From the sequence record NC_041917.1: a stretch of DNA of 64,000 nt. One strand, written 5' to 3'. A program made the position numbers and the translations under genes. A model generated the notes under the pieces. That model saw only the letters and a program-made list of their open reading frames with translations, was not told the origin of the DNA and did not search any database. This document shows, one piece after another, positions 9,626-19,350 of the stretch (positions are counted from its first letter, which is position 1; each line of letters starts with the position of its first letter).

Positions 9626-9680
9626 TATCCTCATAAAAATAAAGGCCAATATTTGCATATTGGCCTGGATATTTATTGAA
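9626..9680 (-). promoter_or_regulatory. Late promoter + hairpin + SD module, copy B
   Basis: ATAAATA (9670-9676), perfect 10 bp stem aggccaatat/atattggcct (9643-9666), U-tract, GAGGA. Confidence 0.7.
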
Positions 9681-10319
9681 TTATAGTATTTCGTCATCCC
9701 ATTTTGCCGCATCACGAACTGTGTCGTAATCTTCAGCAGCAGAGATAGCAGCTTTAATTGTACGTTCTTTAATGTATAAAGAGCTAGTATAATCAAATAA
9801 TTCTTTTACTAATTGCTTAAATTTAACTAAATCGAATGGAACTAAAACACCATCTACTGTTTCAAGTTCAATTGAACTTGGGAAGTTAGATTCATCTATT
9901 AACGCAGCACTGATAAACAACTGGATATTAGCACGTGAAGTAGACCCTGCATTATATGAATGACCATCGAAGGTAAAATCATTATAATACATGGAATCAC
10001 GTTTAGCAGTAACACGACCAAGAAGGTCGGTTTTAATATCATCTAATGGCATACGTTCATAAATGTAAGTATTAGTAACTTCAACTGCATCTTCATCGAA
10101 AGTAACAACCTTTTCTTTGAAAATCATGAACTCACCTGTGTTTTGATAAACATCATTTTGAGTCCAGAAACCTTCATCGCGGCGAGTATCCAAGTCTAGC
10201 TTGGATATGTCGCCATATGTATTACCGGTTTTATTACCACGAATATTGATTGGGTAGGTAATTGTTTTAAGAATTACCCAATCGCCTGATTCATTTTTAA
10301 CTACTGATAAGTAAATCAT
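9681..10319 (-). CDS. Probable tail fibre assembly chaperone (DUF4376-like C-terminus)
   Basis: KRDSMYYNDFTFDGHSYNAGSTSRANI...TVDGVLVPFD pattern; lies directly downstream of the long fibre gene. Confidence 0.6.
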   Translation of the reverse strand: MIYLSVVKNESGDWVILKTITYPINIRGNKTGNTYGDISKLDLDTRRDEGFWTQNDVYQNTGEFMIFKEKVVTFDEDAVEVTNTYIYERMPLDDIKTDLLGRVTAKRDSMYYNDFTFDGHSYNAGSTSRANIQLFISAALIDESNFPSSIELETVDGVLVPFDLVKFKQLVKELFDYTSSLYIKERTIKAAISAAEDYDTVRDAAKWDDEIL

Positions 10320-10334
10320 CTTTATCTCCTACTA

Positions 10335-13300
10335 TTATGGACGTTGTGCAATGAACACATCATATTTAGAACCAATACCACAGTACACTACTTGACAGAT
10401 GCTTACAGCGTTTGGATCAGTATTAACTTCACCACCAATGATTGCATAAGCAGTATCCCATGTTACAGTATGTCCACCAGTAGCATCTTGTGTTACATAG
10501 ATGAACCATGAACCTGCACCATTCACACCAGTAATTGGTTGAATTGAGGTATTTGCAGTAACGTTTACGTTATAAACGTTTGAAGTACCATCTGGAGTCC
10601 AAGTTGCAGTACTTACTGTTTCAGCAGCATGTTGAGCAACAAAGTATGTTCCAGTTTTGAATGATGTTGTTGTTAAGTTAGATAAATCAGCAGTTAAAGT
10701 ACCAGTGATTGTAATATTCTTAACAGTAGTATCACCAATAAAGTTACTTGTAGCATTAACAGTTAATGTATCTGCCGCCGCATCACCAATAACAGTGTTA
10801 CCATTAGCGGTTAATGCACCAGTAATTGTAGCACTATTCAATGTAGCTAGACCAGAAGTACTCAAAGTGGTTGCAGATGTTGCAGCTAATGTAGTTGCAC
10901 CAGTTACACCTAATGTAGTGGTGATTGAAGCACTGTTTAGTATTGCTAATCCTGAAGTACTTAGAGTACCAGTAATTGCAGTATTTCCAGCATTCAATCC
11001 AGCTAATGTACTTAAACCAGTTACACCTAATGTAGTTCCTACTGTTACACCAGCAGATGTAGTTACTGATTTAAAAGTTACATCAGAATTGGTTTGATTC
11101 AATGTACCATTAATTACACCAGTTACTGTAAAGTCACCATTAGTTACTACGTTACCGTTAACTTGTAGGTTGTTATTTGTACTTGATGGTGCACCAATGA
11201 TTGCTGTTGCAGCAGTTAGAGAAGTTGCAGCGGTCAATGAACCAGCAGAACTAATATTTCCTGAAGCAGTTACGTTACGTGGTGAAATATCACGTGATGT
11301 TAAGTCAATCTGTGCGTTTATAATACCAGTTACATCTAAATCACCAGTGATGATTGTATCACCAAATACATTTAGAACTTTATCAGTATCAGCAGTACCA
11401 GTACCAACTTGTAATGCTTGAATCTTAGAAGTACCAGATCCATTAACAGTTAGAGTACCAGTCATTGTACTATTACCAGTTACACCTAAAGTAGTTGTAA
11501 TAGAGGCACTATTCAATGTAGCTAGACCAGAAGTACTTAGAGTACCAGTGATTGCATGGTTACCAGAATTTACAGCAGCAAGTGTTGTAATACCAGTTAC
11601 ACCTAAAGTAGTTCCTACAGAAATTGCACCAGTTGTGGTTACTGAAGCAACATTCAACGCAGCAGAACCTAAGTTTAATCCACCAGCAGGGGTGAATGAA
11701 CCATTAACAGTTACATCTCCAGCAAAAGTACTTGTAGCATTAACAGTTAAAGTATCAGAGCTTGCATTACCTAGAGTAATATTACCATTTGCAATTAATG
11801 CACCAGATACAGTAGCACTATTTAAAGTAGCTAACCCATTAGTAGTTAAAGTACTTAGAGTTGTTGCTCCAGATACACCTAAAGTTGTAGTTACCGCAGC
11901 ACTATTTAAAGTAGCTACACCAGAAGTACTTAGAGTACTTACAGAAGTATTTCCAGTTACACCTAATGTTCCGGCAATTGTTGTATTTCCAGAGATTTTT
12001 GGAGCACCTGTGATAACACCAGTAGTTAGAATTAAATCTGCACCAACGGTAGTTTTACCAGTACTTTCTAATGTTGCAGCTACTAGATTTGTTGCACTTA
12101 AATCAAATGCACCATCAACAGTTAGGTCACCAACAACATGAGCATTACCAGAAGATGTTAATGATTTAACAGTTACATCAGCAGTACTTAAATCTACCGC
12201 ACCAGGGGTTAGAGTACCAGATACTGATAAGTTACCAGTAATTGCAGTATTCTTAGCGATTGCTACAGTTGCATTCGTTGAAGTAATATTTCCGTTAAAT
12301 GTTGCAGCACCAGTTACTGTTGCAGCAGCGAAAGTCGCTGTACCGGTTCCAGTTAGTGTACCGATACTAGCAGTTGCAAGAGTACTTGTACCAGTAGCAT
12401 TTAATGTAGTTATATCAGCAGTATTGATTGTTGCAGTAACACTTTGCAATACTGGTAATGTGTTTGTATTAACATTATCAGTAGCTGTGAATGTAAGAGC
12501 CGCAACACTAGCTGAACTTAAACTAATTTGTCCACCAACAATTACGTCACCATCAAAAGTTGCTTGTTCCGTAGTATGAATAGATTTAGCTTCAATATCT
12601 ACATCTGATAGATCTAAACCACCAGCAAGAATTAATGTTCCACCAACTGTTAAATTACCAGAGGTAGTTACTGGAGAAGTAAAGTTTACTGCATTAGTAC
12701 TATTTCCGATACTTGAAGTTACTAAAGAACCCGCAGTAGCTACACCAGTTACGGTTGCAGATGCTAATGTTGCTAATCCAGAAGTACTTAATGTAGAAGC
12801 GGAAACAGCACCTAATGTACTTTGACCAGTTACGCCTAAAGTGGTTGTAACTGTAACTTTATTAGGAGCAATATCTAAACCATCCACATCAGCAACTACA
12901 GCAACGCCAGTTGTTGTACCAGTTACTACAAGATCGTGAATAGTTGTTGTTCCTGTGCTTCCACCGAATGAAGTATTACCATCAACGGTTAATCGTCCAC
13001 CAATAACTGCGTTATTTGTTACTGCTAATGCAGTATTTGGACCAGTTAATGATGCTCCAGCACCTAAGAAATTACCTGTCGCACTAACATCACCAGTAGA
13101 AGATATAGAACCAGAGTTTAGTGTTCCACTAATTACGGTATTTTTACCAATTGCAACATTTGTGTTAGTAGAAGTGATAGATCCGTTTACAGTTAGAGAA
13201 CCAGTACTTTCTACGGTAGCACCCTTAATTGATGTTGTTGCATTTACAGATTTTGGAGCAATATCTAAACCATCAACATTTGCTTCAGCCGTTACACCAG

Positions 13301-14807
13301 TTGTTGTACCAGTTACTACTAAATCTTTTACTTGTAAAGTTTCGTTGAAACTACCATCACCTTGGAATGTTGAAATTCCATTAATTTGTAAACTTTCACC
13401 AGTAAGTTGACCAGTTGATTTTACTTGTGCACCTTGCACCATTGCATCGGCAACTACAGAGTTTGGTGTAATATCTTGACCAGTTACATCAACTGTTAAA
13501 CCAGTCACTGAACCAGTAAACTCAACATCATTAAGTACTGATTTTCCTGCAACGGTAAGTTGTGCACGAGTTGTGCCAGTAGTGCTGTTACCTTTAATAT
13601 CAAGATAATCAATACTTGCTTTACCAAGTGCAGTTAGACCATAGTCAGCATATGTAACATCACCAAAAATTACGTGACCTACAGTAGCTTTTTGACCTTG
13701 GAATTCGTTAGAACTTACTTTATAAGGTTCAATACTTGATTTAATATCTGATGGACGTGCTGGGTCATTATATGTAAATTGAACAACACCAGAAGCACCT
13801 GCAACATTATAAGTTTGGAAAGTAGCAGAACGAGTTGTACCAGTTACGTTACCACTGAGAATAACACTGTTTAGATTACTTTGACCAGTTACTGTTAAGG
13901 TTGTAAAATTGCCATTTGCAATAGTATAATCACCACTTAAAGTACCATTAATAACTACATCTTGGAAAGTTGCAGTTGTACCAGTAGGCATTGAAAGATT
14001 ACTAAGGAAATTAGAAGCTCCATAAACAGTTAAACCTTCAAGTTCAGTTTCGCCCGTTATTAGAACATCTCCAGTAATTTGAGTCGTTGAATTTATTGTT
14101 AAATTATCAGCACTGTCTGACCCAATTACTACATTGTTATTAAAATTGGATGTAGCATTTACAGTTAGAACATCAGTACTAGCGTCACCTAAAGTAACGT
14201 TATTTTTGAAATCTGAAGTTGAATTAACAACTAGATTATCAGTAGAATCTTCACCAACGGTAACGTTATTTTTTAAGTTAGTTGTTGAATTAATTGTTAG
14301 TGTATCAGTAGCATCTTCACCAACTGTTACATTATTTTTAAATGTAGAAGTAGAGTTAACGGTTAATGCGTCAGCAGCAGCGTCACCCACAGTTACATTA
14401 TTATTGAATGTAGCTGGTGCAGCAAATGTTGAAGTTGCATTGACAGTTAATGTGTCAGTACTAGCATTACCTACTACTGTGTTTCCTTCAATTGATACAT
14501 TACTTTTTGCAGTAATTGGAGCATTAAATGTTGATGTTCCATTTACAGTAACAGAATCGGCGTCGGAATCACCAAGAGTTGTGTTACCAGAAACTTGAAC
14601 ATTGTTCAATGCAGCAGTACCAGTAGAGTTAACATCAGCTAGATTAGCAGTACCTGTGACTGTAATCTGTGTAAATGTAGCATTAGCAAAATTAATCGTA
14701 CCACCTACAGTAAGATTATTTGTAATGACTGCACTACCTTTAACCAAAAGATCTTTAGAAATCGTTTGATTACCAGATACGTCAAGATCCGTTTTTATAG
14801 AATACAT
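10335..14807 (-). CDS. Long repetitive tail fibre/appendage protein, 1490 aa
   Basis: T/G/A/V/N/S-rich beta-repeat shaft; C-terminal YVTQDATGGHTVTW domain common at fibre tips; shared MYSIKTD N-terminus. Confidence 0.75.
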   Translation of the reverse strand: MYSIKTDLDVSGNQTISKDLLVKGSAVITNNLTVGGTINFANATFTQITVTGTANLADVNSTGTAALNNVQVSGNTTLGDSDADSVTVNGTSTFNAPITAKSNVSIEGNTVVGNASTDTLTVNATSTFAAPATFNNNVTVGDAAADALTVNSTSTFKNNVTVGEDATDTLTINSTTNLKNNVTVGEDSTDNLVVNSTSDFKNNVTLGDASTDVLTVNATSNFNNNVVIGSDSADNLTINSTTQITGDVLITGETELEGLTVYGASNFLSNLSMPTGTTATFQDVVINGTLSGDYTIANGNFTTLTVTGQSNLNSVILSGNVTGTTRSATFQTYNVAGASGVVQFTYNDPARPSDIKSSIEPYKVSSNEFQGQKATVGHVIFGDVTYADYGLTALGKASIDYLDIKGNSTTGTTRAQLTVAGKSVLNDVEFTGSVTGLTVDVTGQDITPNSVVADAMVQGAQVKSTGQLTGESLQINGISTFQGDGSFNETLQVKDLVVTGTTTGVTAEANVDGLDIAPKSVNATTSIKGATVESTGSLTVNGSITSTNTNVAIGKNTVISGTLNSGSISSTGDVSATGNFLGAGASLTGPNTALAVTNNAVIGGRLTVDGNTSFGGSTGTTTIHDLVVTGTTTGVAVVADVDGLDIAPNKVTVTTTLGVTGQSTLGAVSASTLSTSGLATLASATVTGVATAGSLVTSSIGNSTNAVNFTSPVTTSGNLTVGGTLILAGGLDLSDVDIEAKSIHTTEQATFDGDVIVGGQISLSSASVAALTFTATDNVNTNTLPVLQSVTATINTADITTLNATGTSTLATASIGTLTGTGTATFAAATVTGAATFNGNITSTNATVAIAKNTAITGNLSVSGTLTPGAVDLSTADVTVKSLTSSGNAHVVGDLTVDGAFDLSATNLVAATLESTGKTTVGADLILTTGVITGAPKISGNTTIAGTLGVTGNTSVSTLSTSGVATLNSAAVTTTLGVSGATTLSTLTTNGLATLNSATVSGALIANGNITLGNASSDTLTVNATSTFAGDVTVNGSFTPAGGLNLGSAALNVASVTTTGAISVGTTLGVTGITTLAAVNSGNHAITGTLSTSGLATLNSASITTTLGVTGNSTMTGTLTVNGSGTSKIQALQVGTGTADTDKVLNVFGDTIITGDLDVTGIINAQIDLTSRDISPRNVTASGNISSAGSLTAATSLTAATAIIGAPSSTNNNLQVNGNVVTNGDFTVTGVINGTLNQTNSDVTFKSVTTSAGVTVGTTLGVTGLSTLAGLNAGNTAITGTLSTSGLAILNSASITTTLGVTGATTLAATSATTLSTSGLATLNSATITGALTANGNTVIGDAAADTLTVNATSNFIGDTTVKNITITGTLTADLSNLTTTSFKTGTYFVAQHAAETVSTATWTPDGTSNVYNVNVTANTSIQPITGVNGAGSWFIYVTQDATGGHTVTWDTAYAIIGGEVNTDPNAVSICQVVYCGIGSKYDVFIAQRP
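10831..10862. repeat. 32 bp perfect intragenic repeat (second copy 11506-11537)
   Basis: gcactattcaatgtagctagaccagaagtact at both positions. Confidence 0.85.
14100..14600 (-). repeat. About 7 tandem ~22 aa repeats (NVTVGDxxxDxLTVNSTSxFxN)
   Basis: Visible in the translation of 10335..14807; boundaries approximate. Confidence 0.85.
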
Positions 14808-14869
14808 GTATGTAATCCCTCCGTTGGATTTAAAATATGGAAAAACTATCCCAAATCATTTATTTCAAG

Positions 14870-14876
14870 TATTTAT
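14870..14876 (-). promoter_or_regulatory. Late promoter ATAAATA inside an inverted repeat (14846-14884)
   Basis: ctatcccaa...ttgggatag arms enclose the motif, upstream of the long fibre gene. Confidence 0.55.
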
Positions 14877-14911
14877 TGGGATAGGTTATATTGATCAGGG
14901 TTATATATGAA

Positions 14912-14941
14912 AAAATCCAGAAACATTAATTTCTGGATTTT
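14912..14941 (-). terminator. Intrinsic terminator
   Basis: aaaatccagaaa-cattaa-tttctggatttt, 12 bp stem. Confidence 0.8.
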
Positions 14942-14950
14942 GTTGTTTAA

Positions 14951-15811
14951 TTACTTACCACTTAGTACAACTTTACCACTGAATGTTACATTGGATTTTA
15001 AAGTAACATTACCAGAACTATCAATTGCAGTTTCAACTGCAACCAATGCATAAGGGGAAGTACTAGTTGCTGAATCAACAGTGTTTTGATATACTGTAAT
15101 AAAGATTGCACCAGGAACTTGACCGTGAGTAGCTTGTGGGATTGTGATTGTAAATGCATCACCAGATGCTGTCCAGTTAGCCTTATTAATTAACTGACTG
15201 TATGGGGTAGTCATACTTGTTGCTCCTATAATTACTACGTTAACGTTTGAAGATGGTGCTGAGCTAACCGTTACTTTAATGTTGCCAGTACTATCAACTT
15301 CTATATCAGCATTTTCAACTGCACCATTAGTTTCTTGTAGCTGAACAATGATATTAGAACCTCTACCATGTGTTGATGCAGGTAATGTAAACACAAAGTT
15401 TCCACCTGTTGGAATAAATTCTGAAGGTGTTGCTGATGTTGTAGTTACATATGGTGTATCTGTTGTTTGTGAGCTAAAAGGTTTCCATATTCCCAAATCT
15501 TTTACATATATTTGTAATATGTTTGTAGCATCCACTTTATAATATACATCACCGTCTACGCCTAAGCTTGGGTCTGGATCTGTTGTTCCGCGTAATGCTG
15601 AACCTGATCCACCTCCACTATGTGCATTAAAATATGCTAGAGTAACTAGGTGTGTACCGTCAGATGGGTCTGCCGCACTGATTGGAATAAGACTTGTTCC
15701 TTGATAGTTATATGCCTTAACTGCACCATTTTCAAATGCAAGTTTAGAACCATTTTTACCAAGGATAAAGGTCTTTTTCATGGTTCCTTCTAAATTAGAA
15801 AAAACTGCCAT
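14951..15811 (-). CDS. Virion structural/fibre protein with two C-terminal beta domains
   Basis: GTTDPDPSLGVDGDVYY fibre motif; duplicated W/F...T-I-P-x-x-THG domain. Confidence 0.6.
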   Translation of the reverse strand: MAVFSNLEGTMKKTFILGKNGSKLAFENGAVKAYNYQGTSLIPISAADPSDGTHLVTLAYFNAHSGGGSGSALRGTTDPDPSLGVDGDVYYKVDATNILQIYVKDLGIWKPFSSQTTDTPYVTTTSATPSEFIPTGGNFVFTLPASTHGRGSNIIVQLQETNGAVENADIEVDSTGNIKVTVSSAPSSNVNVVIIGATSMTTPYSQLINKANWTASGDAFTITIPQATHGQVPGAIFITVYQNTVDSATSTSPYALVAVETAIDSSGNVTLKSNVTFSGKVVLSGK

Positions 15812-15861
15812 CGATACTTTCTCCTAAGAATGTTTGTTTATTGTATTTATGAACCCAATAA

Positions 15862-15887
15862 AAAAGGGAGAACCGATTCTCCCTTTT
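15862..15887 (-). terminator. Intrinsic terminator, followed by late promoter ATAAATA at 15844-15850
   Basis: aaaagggagaa-ccga-ttctccctttt. Confidence 0.85.
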
Positions 15888-15891
15888 AATA

Positions 15892-17010
15892 TTAGATATT
15901 ATCTTCAATTGGTGTGATTGGAAGCTGTTTAGCTATAGTCACAATAATTGTCATCATACCAGTACTACTATTGTTCACAGATTCGTTAAAGATACAAGAA
16001 ATTATTTCTTCTTCTGTGCTTATATCATGATTAACTTCGTTAACAATATAACGACTTGCATGATTTATATCAAAATAATCTGGTGGAGCAATTATAGTAC
16101 CACCGATTTCTGATTGTGCTAGACCACCAAATCGTACTGATAGATCAGTTACTGGTGCATTATATGCAGTACTTACATCTACTTCTATATTAGTTACCAA
16201 ATATCCTGCTGGACATTTACCTATTACTAGTAATGCGTTTTCATATGAAGTATCTATAACATTTTTAATTGCATAAATGTTATTCGCATCAGATCCTGCT
16301 GGTCCAATATCACCATCATCACCTTTAATACCTTGTGGTCCACGGAATAAAATTCCAGGACTCCATGATTTTTGCCCATTACTCGCTTCTATCACATAAT
16401 ATAAGAAACCAGTTTCGGTATTATAGAAAGTATATCCAGGATCTAAATTAGTTATTGATGGGAAGGTATCACCTTCTGAATTAATAATGAATTGGCCTTG
16501 TAAGCCTCTGTCACCTTTAAATTGATAAGGTCCATTCCAATCTGTAGTTGCTAAATCATAAATCCAAATAGTACCATCGGTAGTTCTATAAAATGTATAA
16601 TTATCAACTAAACCCGTTGTAGGGAAAGTTGTTCCAGATGAATCAATTGTAAATGATTTACCTGCTGCACCTTGTGGCCCACGACCAAACGGTGCACTTA
16701 TCCAAGTACTTGTTGATTGATTAGCATCATTTGTTTTAAAGTACAATGATACAGGATCAACTAAACTTAAATATGTCCAACCTTGAGGTTTATCTTTATT
16801 AAAATCAGCATTTGGAATTTCAAAGCCGATTTCGTTTGGATAAAAGTTTGTCCCATTAGCACCATCATGACCAACTACAAGTCCCAAATCTTCAATAGTG
16901 TTGTCATCATACGTTACGATCAAATGTCCTGCATTATTAATAACTAAATTCTTAATACCTGAGCAGTTTGAGCAGGATGATGAAGACCCATTATTAAATG
17001 AAATTGTCAT
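15892..17010 (-). CDS. Virion fibre protein with short collagen-like Gly-X-Y segments
   Basis: GPQGAAG, GDRGLQG and GPQGIKGDDGDIGPAG alternate with FP...TFY...W modules. Confidence 0.65.
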   Translation of the reverse strand: MTISFNNGSSSSCSNCSGIKNLVINNAGHLIVTYDDNTIEDLGLVVGHDGANGTNFYPNEIGFEIPNADFNKDKPQGWTYLSLVDPVSLYFKTNDANQSTSTWISAPFGRGPQGAAGKSFTIDSSGTTFPTTGLVDNYTFYRTTDGTIWIYDLATTDWNGPYQFKGDRGLQGQFIINSEGDTFPSITNLDPGYTFYNTETGFLYYVIEASNGQKSWSPGILFRGPQGIKGDDGDIGPAGSDANNIYAIKNVIDTSYENALLVIGKCPAGYLVTNIEVDVSTAYNAPVTDLSVRFGGLAQSEIGGTIIAPPDYFDINHASRYIVNEVNHDISTEEEIISCIFNESVNNSSTGMMTIIVTIAKQLPITPIEDNI

Positions 17011-17045
17011 AGTTCATTCCTTTTTTTGTTATGCCATATTATCAA

Positions 17046-17084
17046 TATTTATCCTCTAATTTTACAATCACGGTACTATAAATA
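17046..17084. promoter_or_regulatory. Divergent late promoters: ATAAATA on - (17046-17052) and TATAAATA on + (17077-17084)
   Basis: Exact T4 late consensus on the + strand. Confidence 0.7.
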
Positions 17085-17116
17085 AGATAAAGTTCATTAT
17101 AGAGGACTATAAGACT

Positions 17117-17614
17117 ATGGCTTTAAGATCAAAGAATTTTCTTTTTAGAAGAACAGGAAAAGATGGTAAAGTAATGGATTTCCAAGATACCGATTCATGG
17201 TACAACACGAATAATGATTATCATTGGAATGAAGTTTCATTACCTTTAGCGGCTGGTGGTTACTACGGAAGTACTACTGGCTTACATACACTTGCATTTA
17301 CATTACGTAATTTCATCGGACGAATTTATGTAGAAGCAACTTTAGCAAGTGAGCCTACCGCATTAGATTGGTTTCCAATCAAATTCGAAGAAAGTTGCAA
17401 ATTTTATTTAGAATTTACCGATACTAAAATCTACAATCCTGATTCAGAGCAAACCATTTATCAACATGGTGTTACTGGAACATTTGCAGAAAACGTTGTT
17501 GGTAATTTTACATATTTGCGGGTTGGAGTTCAACGTGATTATATTGCAGTTGAACCATCATTGCTTCAAAAGCAAATGGCTGGCAAATTAGAAGAAATTC
17601 AAATTAACTACTAA
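17117..17614 (+). CDS. Hypothetical virion protein
   Basis: 165 aa ORF with GAGG SD behind a late promoter. Confidence 0.65.
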   Translation: MALRSKNFLFRRTGKDGKVMDFQDTDSWYNTNNDYHWNEVSLPLAAGGYYGSTTGLHTLAFTLRNFIGRIYVEATLASEPTALDWFPIKFEESCKFYLEFTDTKIYNPDSEQTIYQHGVTGTFAENVVGNFTYLRVGVQRDYIAVEPSLLQKQMAGKLEEIQINY

Positions 17615-17624
17615 GGGATTAGAA

Positions 17625-18233
17625 ATGAATAACAAAATTGAGCTACCAAGACTATTTGTTAAAGGACACGTACTAATCACCGATATTACAGATCCAGATA
17701 ACGTTTCTATTGTTGTTGATAAATCGAACGCAATACATCCTGAAAATATGAGTCAGGCTATTGCTAATTCTTTAGCTGCAAACGTAGATTCTCTAGGTAT
17801 TAGTTTAGGTGCAATCTCTGAAATGAGATTTGGTAATGGTGGTACTGTTGTTCTTAGTACTGGTCGTGTTACTTACAAAACTCCACGTATCAGTTCCTTT
17901 GGTGGACTATACTCAGAAACATATGCAAAAAAGATTAATGCTAATGTGAACGCAGGTGTTGAATCAGAATATAATAATGTAACCACTGTTCATATTCCTG
18001 GTCAAGTTTATACAGATATAGTATGTTTATGTACTTTAGGATTAGGTGAACCATCTGATCAAAATGTCAGTAGTACTACTGATATGGAAGGAAATTATGT
18101 ATTTGATGAATTGGGATTATATACTGATGGTACATCAGGAATTGCCCTTTCTCACATTATATTCCATCCTGTGGAAAAAAGTGCTAACCGTATTTTGCAA
18201 ATCAAATACACCGTTCGTGTACAATTGCAATAA
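17625..18233 (+). CDS. Virion structural protein (baseplate/fibre-attachment-like)
   Basis: KGHVLI...N...ELGLY...HIIFHPVEK...I.YTV pattern typical of tail-base proteins. Confidence 0.55.
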   Translation: MNNKIELPRLFVKGHVLITDITDPDNVSIVVDKSNAIHPENMSQAIANSLAANVDSLGISLGAISEMRFGNGGTVVLSTGRVTYKTPRISSFGGLYSETYAKKINANVNAGVESEYNNVTTVHIPGQVYTDIVCLCTLGLGEPSDQNVSSTTDMEGNYVFDELGLYTDGTSGIALSHIIFHPVEKSANRILQIKYTVRVQLQ

Positions 18234-18243
18234 GGAGATATAA

Positions 18244-19347
18244 ATGATTAACTATATTATCAAACGTAGTAACGGTAAAATTTATGCCTCTGTTCCAAAC
18301 AATGTAATACTTGGCCCAAATCAACCTAATCAAAACCCTGTTCCTATTAACCTTTTAGGACGTGATAAGGTTGGATATGGTCAAGCATTAAACGAAAACT
18401 TTTTATGGATGACAGAACATTTCTCTGGTCAAATTGCTCCAAGAGGTTCAGTCCCTGGTCAAATATGGTATAGAAATACTTCAGGTACTGGTGAACTATT
18501 AATTTCATTAGTAGATTCAGCAAGGCAACCAACAACACCAGATACAGAATTAGATTGGGCAAGTATCCCAATGATTACATTGTTTAATACAGTACCTGAT
18601 GGTGATACTTCAGTAATGGGTCGAATGGTTCTTACGAACAATGGCGATTCATTGAAAGTATTAATGAAGAACAAAGAATGGCGTGAAATTCAAACTACAC
18701 GTCCAGTTAATAAACAATATGAATCACTACTTGACATTAACTATGATTCTGGTGTAAAATATATTGCTTTTACACAATCAACACCTACCAAAACTATTGC
18801 ATATTTTAACTTAGGTGGAGCATCTATAACAGATTCTGACGGATGGGTAACTTTCCAAAATGGAGAAAGTGTTTTACAATTCGGATCAAATTATTTCTAT
18901 GAATTAAGAATTATGGGTCGTCAAGTTAATACTGATCAAACCACTGGTGAAGTAGTTCCATTCCCTAGTGTGTATAGTACTTGGATGATTAAAGGATCTT
19001 TTTATGTAGATAATAAAGGTGCAATTGTTCCAGGAGTTACAACAGCAGTTAATATTCCAGACCCACGTAAAATAAGTGTACTTACACAAATTGTAGACAC
19101 TATTGATAGTGTTGACCAATCATGGGGAATTAACGTTGTTATCAATGGAGCAGATCCAACACTACCTAATCCTAATGGTGTAACTAAAACTGATTATAAT
19201 AATTATGTAACAGCATCATTGAATAGTTCTAAACATTTAGGATTCAGAATTGAATCAACTATAAGCGGATTAAATGCAGGGCAAACAACGCTAACACAGT
19301 GGTCAGCGTTATTGCAATTGACAGGTATACCACCAGTTGGGGTATAA
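18244..19347 (+). CDS. Baseplate-associated structural protein
   Basis: LLGRDKVGYGQALNENFLWMTEHF...P...GQIWY N-terminal motif of T4-related baseplate/fibre proteins. Confidence 0.55.
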   Translation: MINYIIKRSNGKIYASVPNNVILGPNQPNQNPVPINLLGRDKVGYGQALNENFLWMTEHFSGQIAPRGSVPGQIWYRNTSGTGELLISLVDSARQPTTPDTELDWASIPMITLFNTVPDGDTSVMGRMVLTNNGDSLKVLMKNKEWREIQTTRPVNKQYESLLDINYDSGVKYIAFTQSTPTKTIAYFNLGGASITDSDGWVTFQNGESVLQFGSNYFYELRIMGRQVNTDQTTGEVVPFPSVYSTWMIKGSFYVDNKGAIVPGVTTAVNIPDPRKISVLTQIVDTIDSVDQSWGINVVINGADPTLPNPNGVTKTDYNNYVTASLNSSKHLGFRIESTISGLNAGQTTLTQWSALLQLTGIPPVGV

Positions 19348-19350
19348 AAT

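Noticed and set aside
10657-14598. Several long + strand ORFs (146, 83, 197, 151 and 154 aa) antisense to the 1490 aa fibre
   Set aside because: Shadow ORFs arising from the repetitive codon pattern; no SD or promoter, and the V/A/P/T-rich translations mirror the sense codons
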